A stretch of 62,787 nucleotides of DNA, filler included, from Polymyxa betae A26-41 (lineage: Eukaryota > Protista > Endomyxa: Phytomyxea): the NCBI GenBank assembly GCA_003693705.1. It is 7 parts of 7 records of this genome, joined end to end, with 100 filler letters (N's around TTAATTAATTAA, not from the genome) between each part and the next. Parts side by side here need not be neighbours in the genome. Positions count along the whole stretch, not along the records: positions 6,161 to 12,113 come from RBZT01000183.1; positions 12,214 to 31,889 come from RBZT01000692.1; 5 more parts are not named here. One strand, given 5' to 3'. The notes beneath the pieces are model-generated. The model was not told the DNA's origin. It worked only from the letters and a program-made list of their open reading frames with translations, and made no database searches. Numbering within the stretch: position 1 is the first letter of the stretch; every line of letters starts with the position of its first letter. Shown here one piece after another: positions 11,705-24,900 of this stretch. The position numbers and the translations under genes are program-made.

Positions 11705-12113
11705 TACGGAATACGAGGAGGGCAACAGGGTGACATTTTTCCGCCGCAGTTTTTTCTTCCTCGTTTTTTTTTCTTCGACTCTGATCATTTCTCTCTCTAT
11801 GGTGAATGGACACATTCTGCACCGTGCCTAAATTTTCCAGCCATGCGTTTTGGAAATAGCGCCGCCTGTTGACCAAAAATCAACGAACTAGTCGAATCCA
11901 ATCCAATCCAATGGACACATTCTGCCATTCGTGCAAGCGAAACTAGACTCTGGTGCATCTAATCAGCAGATTATCGACAGTCTACGTGACGATTGTCAGG
12001 TCGTCATCACTGTCCGGACACTACAGCGTTGGATTGGTGCTCATGATTTACGCCGGGAGCCAGTTACCACAGCCTCTAACCGCTGCGAATTATGGATATC
12101 TGACGTTGAGTGC
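11705..12113 (+). mobile_element. End of a DNA transposon with an N-terminal Clr5-like/HTH ORF, inserted in the copia integrase and cut by a gap
   Basis: Copia integrase homology stops at ~11700 (TAATTA|CGGAATACG). ORF QAKLDSGASNQQIIDSLRDDCQVVITVRTLQRWIGAHDLRR is HTH-like (RTLQR). Confidence 0.45.
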
Positions 12114-15100
12114 NNNNNNNNNNNNNNNNNNNNNNNNNNNNNNNNNNNNNNNNNNNNTTAATTAATTAANNNNNNNNNNNNNNNNNNNNNNNNNNNNNNN
12201 NNNNNNNNNNNNNGAAGTGAATAAAGCATATCGGACAATAGATTCGAAACAACAAATTCGTCGGTTCCGCTCAAACCTCTTTATTGCAGTCCACCCCAGT
12301 ATGATGAGCTCCAATTAAGCCTCGTAATTTTAAAAAACAATATTTGTTGAGATAAAAAGATAAAATGATTGAAGTTTTCAAAAAGAAATTGAAAAATTGT
12401 GAAACGATGCGAAAAAATTGTCGCAGTCTGATGGCAATCTTAGATCACTTACTGACGCCATCCGCTTTGAACCCTGCTATTGGTTTTTTGCGGAACCTGT
12501 ATGTGCGGGCTGCAATCTGATTGGTCAGATTCTGGGCTCTGCAATCCAGAAAATGACTGGCGTTAGTGCTGCTGTGTTCGACGATGCTGACCAATTGCTC
12601 AGCCAATATATTCATGAGGCCAATCTGATGAAGGTTGAACGTCTGTATTGAAGGCACGCTCGACGTAGAACTCCGTCATTGCGGTGATCCATTTCCTTAA
12701 TACACTTACTGTAGCTACATTCTTCGACCACGGACATCCCTACAGCCTTCGTTCCACACTCCAGCCTCAGTCTCCGACTCTTTGTTCAAACCCTAAACCC
12801 TAGCCTAACCCGTCCCTTGACACCCGGGTTTGGAACAGGAAGCGTATAGTTTGTTAGAGTCGATGCTAGCAGAGATTTTGTGCAGGATTCCTCTCTCTGG
12901 GGAGTCTCCGATCGCCGATCATAAATATTTGACTCTCAGAATCTCTGAACCCGCTCAAGTGTTTTAATAGAGCAGAACGTTAAGCGAAATGAATACATGA
13001 CCTACAGCTCAGCCGAGTTCTGAACGTGAAGCCAGAAAATCACATCGATATTGTGAATTGAGAAACCGGACTCGCATTAGTGTCGTACATGCTCATACAA
13101 CATTTTCTGACTCGGCTTCTGTTAGTCAGAGCGGACTTCCTGGTCACGTTCCTGCGCCAATGGGTGGTAGTTAGCCATATCAAAGTCCGTGGCCATAGCG
13201 CCGCTGTCTCTAGCAAAATTTCGCCCTTCAATAAGCGATATCGACCAACGGCCTTCACACCATTGAATGGATTCGTTGATCGAGTCGTTGTGCATCGAGC
13301 AGCCCTTCAAAATCAGCCAAAGTTTGACATTGTTGAGATTTACTATACCGCCCTGATACCCATTTGAAGCCTTGTGATGATCATCTTATGGAAGTCGGCA
13401 GACTGTGGTCTGAGAATTGGATTCCGTGGAGCCAGCGTTTCGGCGCGGATCTGTCGCGTTGCGGTCGATTTGGGGTGGATCGGTGGCGGCTGTCATAACG
13501 AGATCTATGTGGATTAGGACACAAGAACCAAGTGAGGTTTTATATATATTCAGGACGCAGGACAGGTTGGGCTGCCAGCCCCACAGTACGATGAAGGGTC
13601 ACTGGGACCCCCGGCGCAGCCCGCTGCAGTTCCCAGGGTCAGCACCACTCTAACATGGTCAAGCGGAATCGAACCACAATTTTATTTCCAAAAGATTAAT
13701 AATAAAAAGGACACAGAAACAGGACAGGGGCTGCGCAAACGTCGCTTAATCGAAGCGGGACTTGCGTATAGGACGTACTGGACCGCGGCTGGTTAATGCA
13801 GCTGTCTTGGCGGGAGCGGCCTTCGGAGCTGGTTGCGCCGCAGTAGCTTGTTCATCGGTTTTGAGAGGCTGCACCTCTGCAACTTCGTCAACTAGGGTTT
13901 TAGGGTTTAGGGTTTGGGTAGGACCAGCCCTCGTGCATGAATGTCTTCTGTCATTGTCGGTCATAGAGTTCACATCCCATACAGGGTATGGTCCTGATCT
14001 GAAATATATTGCTGCTGCTTACGCATTGTATGAATCGATAGAGCAGGATGTGATCCATGATGATCAAGATTGTCGACCCCGATGACGCATGGTTCGCGTG
14101 AGGGAAGTGAAGCAGATGACCCCCAAATACGTGGCTTGGGGGGCTGGGGTGGAAGACACGCCTTTGGTCAAATTGCGACGATGATAGAGAGGGAACGCAC
14201 GGAGTTGTATCACACGGAGTTGTATCACACGGAATCTGAGTTGGGAAGAACCGGAGCTGGAAGCTTCCAGAAGCTGTTCCAGACAGACTTATGCAGCATC
14301 CCAGTCAGGGATGGACGCCTCAGTCGCGCAGATTCGCAACGGCACTGTAACGTAAACAAAAAAATCGTCCGTCAACGTTGCTGGTTTCAGAGGCTTAATT
14401 TGTGGCGCTGTCAAGCGGATAGATGGTGTATTGTTTCTGCAGGTTGCCATCGCATGAAGCTGTCCTTAAACTGAGCGTTATAATATCGATAAGAAAAGCT
14501 TCTTCTTCAGTCCGCAGTTCCAGTGGAATACAGACATCGATCCAGTGACCAACAATGCTGTTCTGCGATTTGTAGTGGTTAGAGTGTGTTTATTGCAGGT
14601 TAACAAAGCCCTATTGAAACACTGATCTGGAGCGATATCTTACACCGGACTAGTCATGGTTAAGATCGGTGTCCAAATACATTCGTGAATAGGTCGACAT
14701 AATGCTGATCCGGGCAATACATCATAGAATGTTCAATATCATTATGATACGAACCTCAAATCTGGAGATAAATCTCCCTCACCTTCTGCATCTTACAGAC
14801 TGCATCTAAACCCAAAACCTATCATATAGACTGTAGCTAACGAATCACGAGAACAAATCATAGCGTTCTTTATAGCAATTCCGACGCGATAAGATAGAGC
14901 CGCAGTACCTTCAGACGGCGTAACATGAACTGGTAACGTTGAACTTGGAACTCCGGCATGCTTAGCAATGGAGGAAATGACATGGCTTCCCTGAGGCAAT
15001 GATACGAGAACGAGACGGGAAATGTTCACAGGGCAAAGCGTCGTCTTTTGCAAAGATCTCTGAAAAAGTTTAATAAAATCCGATCGAATACAATGCTGAT

Positions 15101-15179
15101 AAATGGATAGCTTATCTAAAAGGGAGAAGATGATAGAGGCGAATGCAAATCGCTGGCAGAGCAATGACCGTCATATATG

Positions 15180-15511
15180 TCAGGAGGCCGTCGATGGCTC
15201 GGCTCCGCAAAAACATTCTTTAAGACATCCGAGCCACCACAAAGCGACGATAACAGCAGCAAAACAGCCAAATCCGAGTCCGACGACAACACCAGTGCCA
15301 GATCCGCCTAAGACGACCATGGGACCAGCAGGGATGAGAAGCGAGATCGTGGGCGACGAGGCCGGACTCACGTCGTGTAACATTCCGGCTCTGGAAGGGG
15401 TCAGATGTGTAACGTGGCAGTAACGTGGTGTGGTTACCTGGTCGATAGGAAGTTGGGCTGCATGGCGATGAAGACGCCCAGCAGAGCGGAGAGAAGGAAG
15501 AGCTTGTTCAT
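15180..15511 (-). CDS. Small putative signal-peptide plus single-TM protein (2 exons)
   Basis: MNKLFLLSALLGVFIA signal-like start, a GT..AG intron at ~15391-15437, then a hydrophobic VVVGLGFGCFAAVIVALWWLGC segment. Confidence 0.4.
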
Positions 15512-15595
15512 GAGGGCGTTTGTCAATGACAATGGAGAGAGATGAGATGGTAAAATCCGATGGAGCCTCGGCCGTGCCGTACGGAGTCCCACACG

Positions 15596-15679
15596 GTCCG
15601 AGAGGCCGAGCGGTCTATGGCGTCACCTTTACGCGGTGATGTTGGAAACAACGCGCGGGTTCAAATCCCGTCGAGTGCA
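15596..15679 (+). tRNA. tRNA-Leu-type (long variable arm) pseudogene/relic with anticodon TAC
   Basis: D arm GCCGAGCGGTCTATGGC, anticodon stem TCACC/GGTGA with loop TTTACGC, variable arm GTTGGAAACAAC, T arm GCGGG-TTCAAAT-CCCGT, discriminator A, then TTTTT. The 5' acceptor strand does not pair. Confidence 0.75.
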
Positions 15680-16401
15680 TTTTTAGCAACTTTGAGAGAG
15701 CCGTGTTCGCCAGGCATCCTTTCAGATTGATTTTTTATAGATCGAGATTAGCTTCTTGAAGCAGCGTGCCCTCTTCGTCGTCAGAAGAAGTCTCTTTCTC
15801 ATGAGGAGACCTTCCGAACCATTTCGTTTGAGGCTCCAATTCAATGTCGTTGCTGTTCGCTTTAGGAGACTCGACAGCCCGAACCTGGCTCAGTATAATC
15901 TGGCCATGGAGTGTAACAGCTACACCGATACTGAACAAAGCGAGCTGAATAGGGCTCATGGAGGGTTCTCTATGTGGAAATAGATTCAGAAACTTCAGAA
16001 ACAAGTCTCCGATCCACTGACATTCCAAGACTCAAGCTCGAAAAGTAACAAAAACCCAGTGAATGATTTTTGTGCGTAATATGATACTCATCGTCTCATC
16101 TCATCCAGAGGATTCCAAAACGATACAGAGTTGATCTATATTTAGCATACCAGAGGCTGCGCTAGACGCCGTGAAAAAATTTCGCCTACAAAACTTACCC
16201 GGAAAATCACCCTCTGTGTACATCGAGGAATGGCAACTGGGCCAGCACGACTGTTACGAAACGGCCACGGACTTGATTTCAAGCTCGAAAGACGTCGTTC
16301 GCGCACAGAATGACCGTTCAGATCAAGCAGTGGCAGAACAACCCTAAACCCTAACCGTGATGAATCAACTAGAAGTAAGTTAAGTGTTCGTTGTATAAAG
16401 T

Positions 16402-19400
16402 TCAGAATTGCCCAACACGGGCAACGGACGGCTTTTCGGACTTCGATGGGTACCCTAAGCGCTCCACAGTCACGGTAATGGACTTGGTGGAGGAATGTCC
16501 GGAGCGCAAAGACATCGGCAAAGATTGCGGCATGTAATGGCGACGAGGGAGTCGCAACTGGAACGGCCCTTCGACAGCGTCGCGGATCCATCGTTGTCGT
16601 AACGTATCAACGGCCGAGTAACGTTTCGACGGGGTCCGGTTCAGCAAACGTTTCACGGTCTTGATAACCTCAGCCGGGGCTTTGGTACGAGATACATCCA
16701 GATGGATTTCTTTCGCCTACAATGAGGACGTCAGTGACGGCGTTACAAAACGAAGGCGCGGGGCGTACCGTCTCAATATCTTTGCGTGTAGAGCCCGGTG
16801 TCAGGAGGCGGTACATGATCGTACCGACACTCCACATATCGGCTTTCGGGCCGGGCCGCGTTCCATTGACAACCTCCGGAGCGACATACGAACGGGACTC
16901 GTCGTCCAGTTCTTGAACGAAAAATTTGCGTAATCCGATATCCACGATCTGCGACAATTTGGTCAGAAATCGTTTTGAGAACATACAAGGATTTACAATG
17001 TGGAATCAAAATTTTGCAAAAACAATTCCAAAAATTGAGAGTGAGACCTGTGAAATCGAGAAAGAACAAAAACCTGCAAAAACGACGCAATAATTTGGCA
17101 TGCGATAAACAAAGTTGGTGTTGAAAAATGCAAACGCTGGAACCGAAAGTAAGCTGTGAAATCGAGAAAGAAACAAAAACTGCAAAAATAGATAGGCTCA
17201 AGGTAAAAAAGTGCGCAGTGCAAAAACGCAAAACGGGAATTGAAAAACAGCGTAGAGAACGACTGACATGAACGCGATGCTGTCGTAGCGAGTCCAAACG
17301 CATGAGAATATTGGTGGGTCCGAACGCCCTACAAACACTAATTCGGCACAGGCGTCGTGTATGGCGCAGCTAATACGTACCCGAGTGTAAGTCCGACTCG
17401 ATGCAGATAGGTGAGACCGGAGATCACCTGACGCATGATCAAGGCGACGCTGTTGACGGACAGGATGCCGCGCGCGCCGAGGATTTCATCGATACGAACC
17501 CAACCCACTGTACATTTTCCGTCATGAAATTTTCTCCAGAAAAAAACACCTTAATGTTACATGGAATGTAATGACGGATGAGGTAGATCTTAGTGGGATC
17601 TTCGTATATGGCGACAGACGAAGCGATATCCGGATGGTCGAGGAAACGCAGAACTCCGGACTCGATTCGCATCAATTGCAAGTCCGCTTCGTTCACGTCT
17701 ATGAAACACAGTATGAAAACCGTGAAGCCTGTCAGGCGAATCGGGACCGACGTTTCTTCTCGATGTATTTCAGCATGTAGTGTTGGCCCGAATGCGCACC
17801 TTTACATTCGAACACGTTCGGAAGGGACGGATGGATCACACTGAACATTTGATAGTGATCCTACAAACATTTAATGACAAAAAAATAAAAAAAACTTTTT
17901 TACGAAATTTATGGAAAATCCGTTTACAAAAGTGTATTAAAATTTTCCAAAAATGTAAAAAGTTCGGAAAAAAGTTATACACCGACAGCTGAAAAAAGCA
18001 CAAACTAAGAGAGGTACCGAGCTGTCGGATTCTTACCGCTAGATTAAAGTCCATTGATGCGATATTGATAGCCTGAACCCATCGATCACGCTGCGCAGCG
18101 GTCGGCAGAGAGATGATGCGAGTCAGGTGGCTTAAAGGCGATACGAGCTGCAATGCAAATCGCGGCATATCGTTCGACAGCATCTCGGAATCCTCTTCAA
18201 CGGCATCGTCGGCGATAGCGTTGCAGATGGCTCCGGCGAGCGGGATCACGATATTCGGCATCAATGATGAATGATTATGAAACGAGTAGAGAATGTTGTT
18301 CTTCAGCACAATCCAACGACGTTTGAGACGCTAAGAGATTCCATCAGCATATGTTACACAAATAAAAAAATGTGGAAACAAAAACCTTTTTAAAAAACAT
18401 TCGAAACTTGCTATTGTCGACGTCATCTTGAAAAAAAGAACATTTTCTCAACACTCAAAAAAATGAAATGAAATGTTTATAAAAAGTTCAGCGAAACATT
18501 TTGGAAAACAAATGATGAGCTGTTTGTACGAACGAATGATAAGCTGTATACTCGAAAGAACCAGGAACGCTTATAGACGTATCCTTGTAACGCAAGCGGG
18601 CCTAAAGTCGAAGCCCAACTGGGCGATTCGTGACGTGAGAAGTCGCATTCGGCATGCGGGGCCCGGTGCCAGAGCTCCGGAATCGACGACCCCTTCCCGC
18701 GTACACTGCCACAAATACACATTCAGTAACATAACAGCAACTTAAAACAACGTTACGCTTGACGAATCTCATCGCAGGGAAACGCGGCGGCATTAAAGCC
18801 CTTGACACTAAACCCGAACGTTAGACACGTTACGATGTGGTAACATAAACAACGTTACCAGTATTCAGGAAAGATGAAACGATGCAGACTGAAGTCATCG
18901 CTGGACACAGGGTGAGGGATCAACTCCGTGGGAATACAGATGGGTCCGAGCGAGTTCAGCTCGAACCGTTCGTTCGGCATGTGCTGTAACGGAAACCGAT
19001 CCGTCCCGCATCCGAACAGCTCGTTGGCACGGAGTCCGGCCTCCAAGATGAACGTGCGTAGCTCGCTGAAGGTATTATGCGCTTCCACCTCGATGGACGT
19101 TACTGTGTCGTAATAACCAGTCGCGATAACGTTACCAAATAGTAGAGATCGTTAAATGAGATGGAAGGCCGCGTTTGCTGCTGCTGAGTCAGGAACCCTT
19201 CGGCGACCGACTTCGCCTACAGAATCAGCTCAATGACCAGACCCGAAACCCTAATCGAGGGTCATGTTTAACGTTACCTTTCTGTCGGCGAGGATAACGT
19301 ACATCGGGTCGTGAACGTTAACGCCCATCATGTTGCAGGCACTGTCTAAGATCAGGTCCACGATCTGGATCAATTCCGGGCGTCGAATCTCCCGGTCGCC

Positions 19401-20200
19401 ACCCGCACAGAATATATCGCGAATCCTTTCAGAGCTCTGACTGTGGTAACGAGTGTAACGACATCATCACTTACAAATTGACCTGACAGCAAATCAGATT
19501 AGATATCTCAAAAATGAACAGAGATCGGTAATGTAAAAATCGATAACGATGAACTTAATACGGTTACAAACCCCATCATAAAGCAAGAAGCCAAATAGTT
19601 CCAATAATCATATCAGCAATACTGGTGATGAAATCGAAAAAACGAAAATAAGTAAAAATTTCAAGCGTTCATTCTCCATTCAAAAGATTGTGAGTGAACA
19701 TGTTGTTGAGAATTGGAGCATAGTGAAAGCAGCACGAAATGGAACGAATTAATTCTTGAAATTTGAAGACAAGGAAATTTGAGCATAATGAAAGCCACTT
19801 CGAAAGACCACGTGAAGAAAAATCCAGAAATAGAAAATTGAGACCTTTTCAGCATTGGTCGCATTGGAAAAGATGCTGAATGCGAGCAGGAAGTTATTGT
19901 AATGGATGGCATTCCTATGATAGTAATCGAACAGATCGAAGACATGGCTGGCATGATCGGGGGCGATCGCGAACAGCTTCAGGAAGTCCTCCTTGGCGAT
20001 GCTGTGATCCTGGCAATGCGCCGCCTGGTCATGAAACCGGCGCCGAACAGTGACCAGGTTGTCGACGGCGCAAACTGCGAGCGAAAAATGGTTACTAATG
20101 AGGGCGATGAGGGCGGCGAGGTCGTGCTGGGCCCCGCCTCGCGATGAAACCGACAGAGTTTACAGAACTCGATCGACTTGACCATGGTGGACGTCGTCAT
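16402..20200 (-). CDS. Multi-exon EF-hand + PH + CAMK-type kinase-fold protein (CDPK7-like architecture), probable pseudokinase
   Basis: EF-like exon KEDFLKLF...HVFDLFDYYHRNAIHYNNFLLAFSIF (~19850-20030). PH exon RRWIVLKNNILYSF...QRDRWVQAIN (18020-18330). Kinase exons YMLKYIEK, LRFLDHPDI, MRQVISGLTYLH, IVDIGL, YVAPEV...KADMWSVG and RLLNRTPSKRYSA, separated by GT-AG introns. Exact exon boundaries are approximate. Confidence 0.8.
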
Positions 20201-20372
20201 TGTAGATTAGATCGACGCCGATCAGCAACGACATTGCAGAACGGGGCGGCCAGAGGGCGGGTACAGAGCTTGACCCCCGACAAGTTCATGGATTTTGTTG
20301 CGCCTTACAAAGCCCACTGTTTGGTGCAGCGCCACTCAATGTTCGTGACGGGCGCAAACATTTTCTCTGCCA

Positions 20373-20595
20373 CACAGGCAAAATTTTCGTTGCTGTCCAG
20401 ACATCAATGGGCTACTGACGCAGAAATTTGTTGCGCAACTTACGCAGAAAGGTGTGCGCAACTGACGCTGAAAGCTGTGCGCAACTGAAGCAGAACGTTT
20501 TTGCGCAATGACGCAGAATGCTGTGCGTACAACGCTGAAAGTTGTTGCGTAACTACGCAGAAAGTTGTTGCGCAACTGATGCTGAGAGTTGTGCC
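20373..20595 (+). repeat. CACAG-type terminus followed by ~8 degenerate 20-24-bp subterminal repeats (CACTA-like element end)
   Basis: Repeated ACGCAGAAA...TGCGCAACT units start shortly after CACAGGCAAAATTTT. Confidence 0.5.
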
Positions 20596-20829
20596 CTCAA
20601 AGCAGTCAGAATCTTCACTAGCAAGAGGACTTGAAGAGCAGAGTGGTGAAGATGAGGGAGATTGAATGGACGTAAGAGAGGCGGCGGAGCTAACATGAGA
20701 TAGATGAAGTAAGGGCAGATCACAGTCGATATTAGAAGGAAGACGAAGATTGGGCAAGAGCGCGAAGATATGATTCTGCTATGTCGACGATACCACCAGC
20801 AACGACGATTACAACGAGCATGTTCAGAC

Positions 20830-21079
20830 TGAATCCATTCATTGACATCATCCTCTCCGTCCTTTTATCTTGGCTCTAGATGCTTCCAAAACACTTTTTG
20901 CAAAAATTCAAGATCTTGGTCAGCCATATAAGGCAGTTAGTTATCGATATTCAAGACTGCAAGGAGTCGCCCTCTGCAACGCCGATTTTGGCTTCGAGGC
21001 CAAGCTCTATCGTAGACTGACGCTTCATCAGGTTGATGGTTTCTACGGATATCAATACAATCGCTTGAAATTGCTTTAG
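20830..21079 (+). pseudogene. Ty3/gypsy RNase H-like remnant
   Basis: RPFILALDASK...QPYKAVSYRYSRL resembles the PFIL.TDAS...PVAY.SR.L consensus. Confidence 0.4.
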
Positions 21080-21945
21080 AAGCTGGCGAACTTGGAGAAC
21101 CAACAATTGACCTCTACCGGTTTAATAGGCAAGAATTAGTTTGTTGAAAAAAAACATAGTTCGAGTTTTTTTTCACAATACAGTGTAAGTTCGCTCGTCG
21201 TAACTCGTTAACATTGTTCATTTCTTCAATCGTTTTGCTCATTTCGATTTTGTCAATTGCGTGATCTTTGCCAGTTCCTAACAGCAGAATTCCATCTGTC
21301 CGCTAACAGATTCGCCGTCCTCGGAAACTTTCCAATATGGATATTGGGATCAAACTCTGAATAGCGGCAGAGAGAGCCTGCTGTATATCGGCAGATGTGA
21401 TTGGTGAATGTATACGTGGAACAATCTCGTCTGGGCGGTCAAATTCGCCCATTAATATAGCGACTACCCCGAACCAAATTAAGAATCTTCACGAGATCAT
21501 TGGTCGTTTGCATCGCTCGTGAAGATCGTGGAGGATTCGACGATGTGAATAGCAATGTTTCTACAGCCATGGAAATTATCTCAAAAAAATCGCACCATAT
21601 AGTTTGGTATTTTTGATACCCCCAAGTTTAGAGGCACGGAGAAAACCGCGTCTACCGGGATCTCCTACAAAAGCGAAGGAGAAAATCACCGACCCACTGT
21701 GGTGCTTCAAAGAGACAAAGACACAGAAAGGTGAGCGGAATGAGACCTTCCGTGTGTATTCGAAAATAAGAATGAATCAAAAAGGGAGAGAGAGAATCAC
21801 GGGAGCAACAGCAAACTAGTAGAAGCTACAGACTTCAGAGTCTTGTCTGCGGACAAGACTGGTCGCAAACCACCGAGACCGTTACTTCGGGAGGCCGCGC
21901 CATTCTGTCGGGGCACGACACCCACGCAACTTTGATTCCCGCAAA

Positions 21946-24900
21946 TTGTCGTTGAGCTGTCTGGAGTTGTTGTTGTTGTTGGCCCATCATCGGTCGTGGC
22001 CGTTGAACAATGCTCTTCCTCATGATCGCTGCTCTATCTCTGACACTGGCGCAACCTGCCACCCATGTAACGTTACATGTCCTGTCTTTGGTTGTCGTAC
22101 CGACCCCGTACGTACTAGGACCGTTGTGATACCGGCAACTTGCCGTGGCATTCCGGTGGGCGTGTACGACGACATCAGGAATAATGTTACTGATTACGTG
22201 ACTCGTAGGGCTGCAGTCCAATGTAGCTGTGCGGATTGCTGACTGTCTTCGGACTGATTCTCACCAAAAATGTATATCTGACTATGTATGGGATTATATG
22301 GTCATACAATTATCTGCACATGTTCAATATGACGATCTCGTACAAGATTACCAACAATACTGCCGCAGAGCAATAAACGTTATGCAGCCAAGTAATCATC
22401 TGACGAAAACTCTGCTCAATATCTGCTGTGACATTCAGGATTTTTGGGCCATTTTGAATAACGTTCTTCATGATCGATGTTCCGATACCGCGTCCATATT
22501 ACTGAACGATGCCAACAATACGCTGTTCGATCTCGCATCAAATGTGTCGAAATTCAGCGTATGGAATGCTTGGCAGGTCTCGGAGCTGTTAAATCAGCGA
22601 CTCGATGCAGCCTTGGCTGATATTCGAGTGAAATTTTCCGATCAGACTCGACAGATTCGTGATATCGAATTCCGCAGAATGTTTAAAGAACTCGGTTGGG
22701 ATATCCGCTTGATTCCTTCGCATTCTTATTACTATTGTCTCTACAGATCATTCTAATAACTCGCATCCGTCCAACAATTTGCAGGTTTGTTGAATTATCT
22801 TCAATTTTGTTAAGTATTTTTTAAAGATTTTCAGGGAAAGATTTTAAATGAAGATTTCGCTGGAAAATCCAACCTGTCTACTATCTTAGATGGATCTGCT
22901 CTGACTGGATCCAATCCCTTCAGTTTTTCCAGCCTAGACCTTTCATTGACAAATTTGATGGAGAGCATCGTCATATCACCTGATTTAAACAATCCTTCGG
23001 AATTGTCAACGGGCTCTGCACAGCTGTTCAACGACGTTGAAGATTACACACGTTCTGATTCTTGGAATTCATTCCAAGACCCAGAAACCCTAATCTCTGA
23101 ACCTTCAGTATCCGCCGAGACCTCTCATCGCACAGATTCTACTACGTCTGACAAATTTACGATTCATGAATGTGATATCTTAAATCCAGCTGAAACTACG
23201 CCGGACAGCTCACATCGTGATAAGGTCGAGATTGGCGTCGAATTGTGTTTCGACCCTCCCGATGGCGTCAACACGGATGTTGCTGAATCTGTTCCCTACA
23301 AAGTTCATCTCAACTCTGTCCCAGAATCGAATCATGTTGACAATCTCGATTCTGTGTCTCCAGTCTCCAGCGTATCTTTAAAACCTGTTCATAACGCTGA
23401 ACGTCTCTCTAAGAATCAGATCAAGAAAATGCAGTCAGGTTGGTGATACACTTTATCGTTCACTGCCGTTCATTGAACATCATTTAGAGGCCCGAAAACC
23501 GAAACGCCGCATCAGTCGGGCTCAGGGTCAGTATTCCCGTACAATTTTCGACACCATTTAATGGACTGATATTATAGGGCGATCCCCTATATCAAAACCT
23601 CAGAAACAGAGCTCTGCTTCAGGTACAGAAAGAGATTTCTCACATTTCTCGTTTTATTAGTCGGTTCCAAATTTCGCCATTTTTTTTTGCGATTTCTCGA
23701 TTGCTTTGTTACCTATTTTATAACCGGGCCTGTGGGACCCACTTTCACCACTTTTGTTCGATTTCTCGATTGTTTTGTTACCTATTTTATAACCGGGCCT
23801 GCGGGACCTACTTTTCACCACTGTTTTCTCGATTTTGCAATTGTTTTGTTACCTGTTTTGTATAAGGGCCTGCGGGACCCACTTTCACCATTTTTTCTCG
23901 GTCTCTCGATTGCTTTGTTACCTATAATGTTCTTCAGTAGAAGCGGGACCTTCATTTCCAGTCACGGAGATCGCAGAAGTTGATCACGAACCTGAATCGG
24001 AATCTTCGCCCTCGGACCCGATCTACGAACCCGGCAGCAGTACGGTCGCGACCCCCGAAGATGATAACGAGATCCAGAACGATGAAGATTCTTTGGTGGC
24101 GGGGTCCGCCTCGGAGTCCGCCAGTTTACAACCCTCCTGCTCCAAGAAGCAATTTAAAAAGAAGTGCAAAGGTACGTCCCCGGTCTTCGTGTCTCTATGT
24201 TACTCATTTTCATGCGTAGATCGAACTGCAGGGAAGGATTCTCTCCGAGTAACGTTAACTCCAGGTCGGTTTGGCCCATTTTTACCTCATCTGATAATAA
24301 GATTCGGACAGAACCTTCAGATGCGTCATCAACAAAAATGAAACCGGCAGGTTGGTGGAGGGGCGATGGTTTTATGTTACCTTGATGTGTTGGGGTCGGA
24401 TTATGTTACATGGAGGCCATTCCCGATTCGGTTTGATGTTTCAGCCCCAGTCAGGTTCTTGTTAATCTTATGTTACATGGAGGCCATCCCCATTCCGGTT
24501 TGATGTTTCAGCCCCAGTCAGGTTCATGTTAATCTTATGTTACATGGAGGCCATCCCCATTTCGCTTTTATGTTTCAGCCCCAGTCAGGTTCTTGTTAAT
24601 CGAATAGTTCGATCAGATCCTATTGTTGAGGAGATCCCGAACCCGAAGATTCTGGGGAAGGTCACGTGTCACGTCCAGTTCACGTTACCGGATCTGGTAC
24701 CCGATGACGCCGCGTCCTTGACCGTCTTCGAGGATCGCATCGTCGAGCTGAGCAACCCGCTCGTCACGCATCTGCTTCTGTCGAAACTACTGCTGGCTTT
24801 ATGTTACTACGAGGTGAAACATAACGCCGACAGTACGGCACTGGCGCACGCCTTATCGGCGCTGGACTTCACGCCCAGCAATTTCACCCCGCTCATCACG

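Noticed and set aside
16993-17303. Phe-rich hydrophobic ORFs as membrane proteins
   Set aside because: They lie in an AT-rich intron of the kinase-like gene and reflect poly-T composition.
20420-20595. Short repeats as a mini-CRISPR
   Set aside because: Contiguous degenerate 20-24-bp units without spacers fit transposon subterminal repeats.
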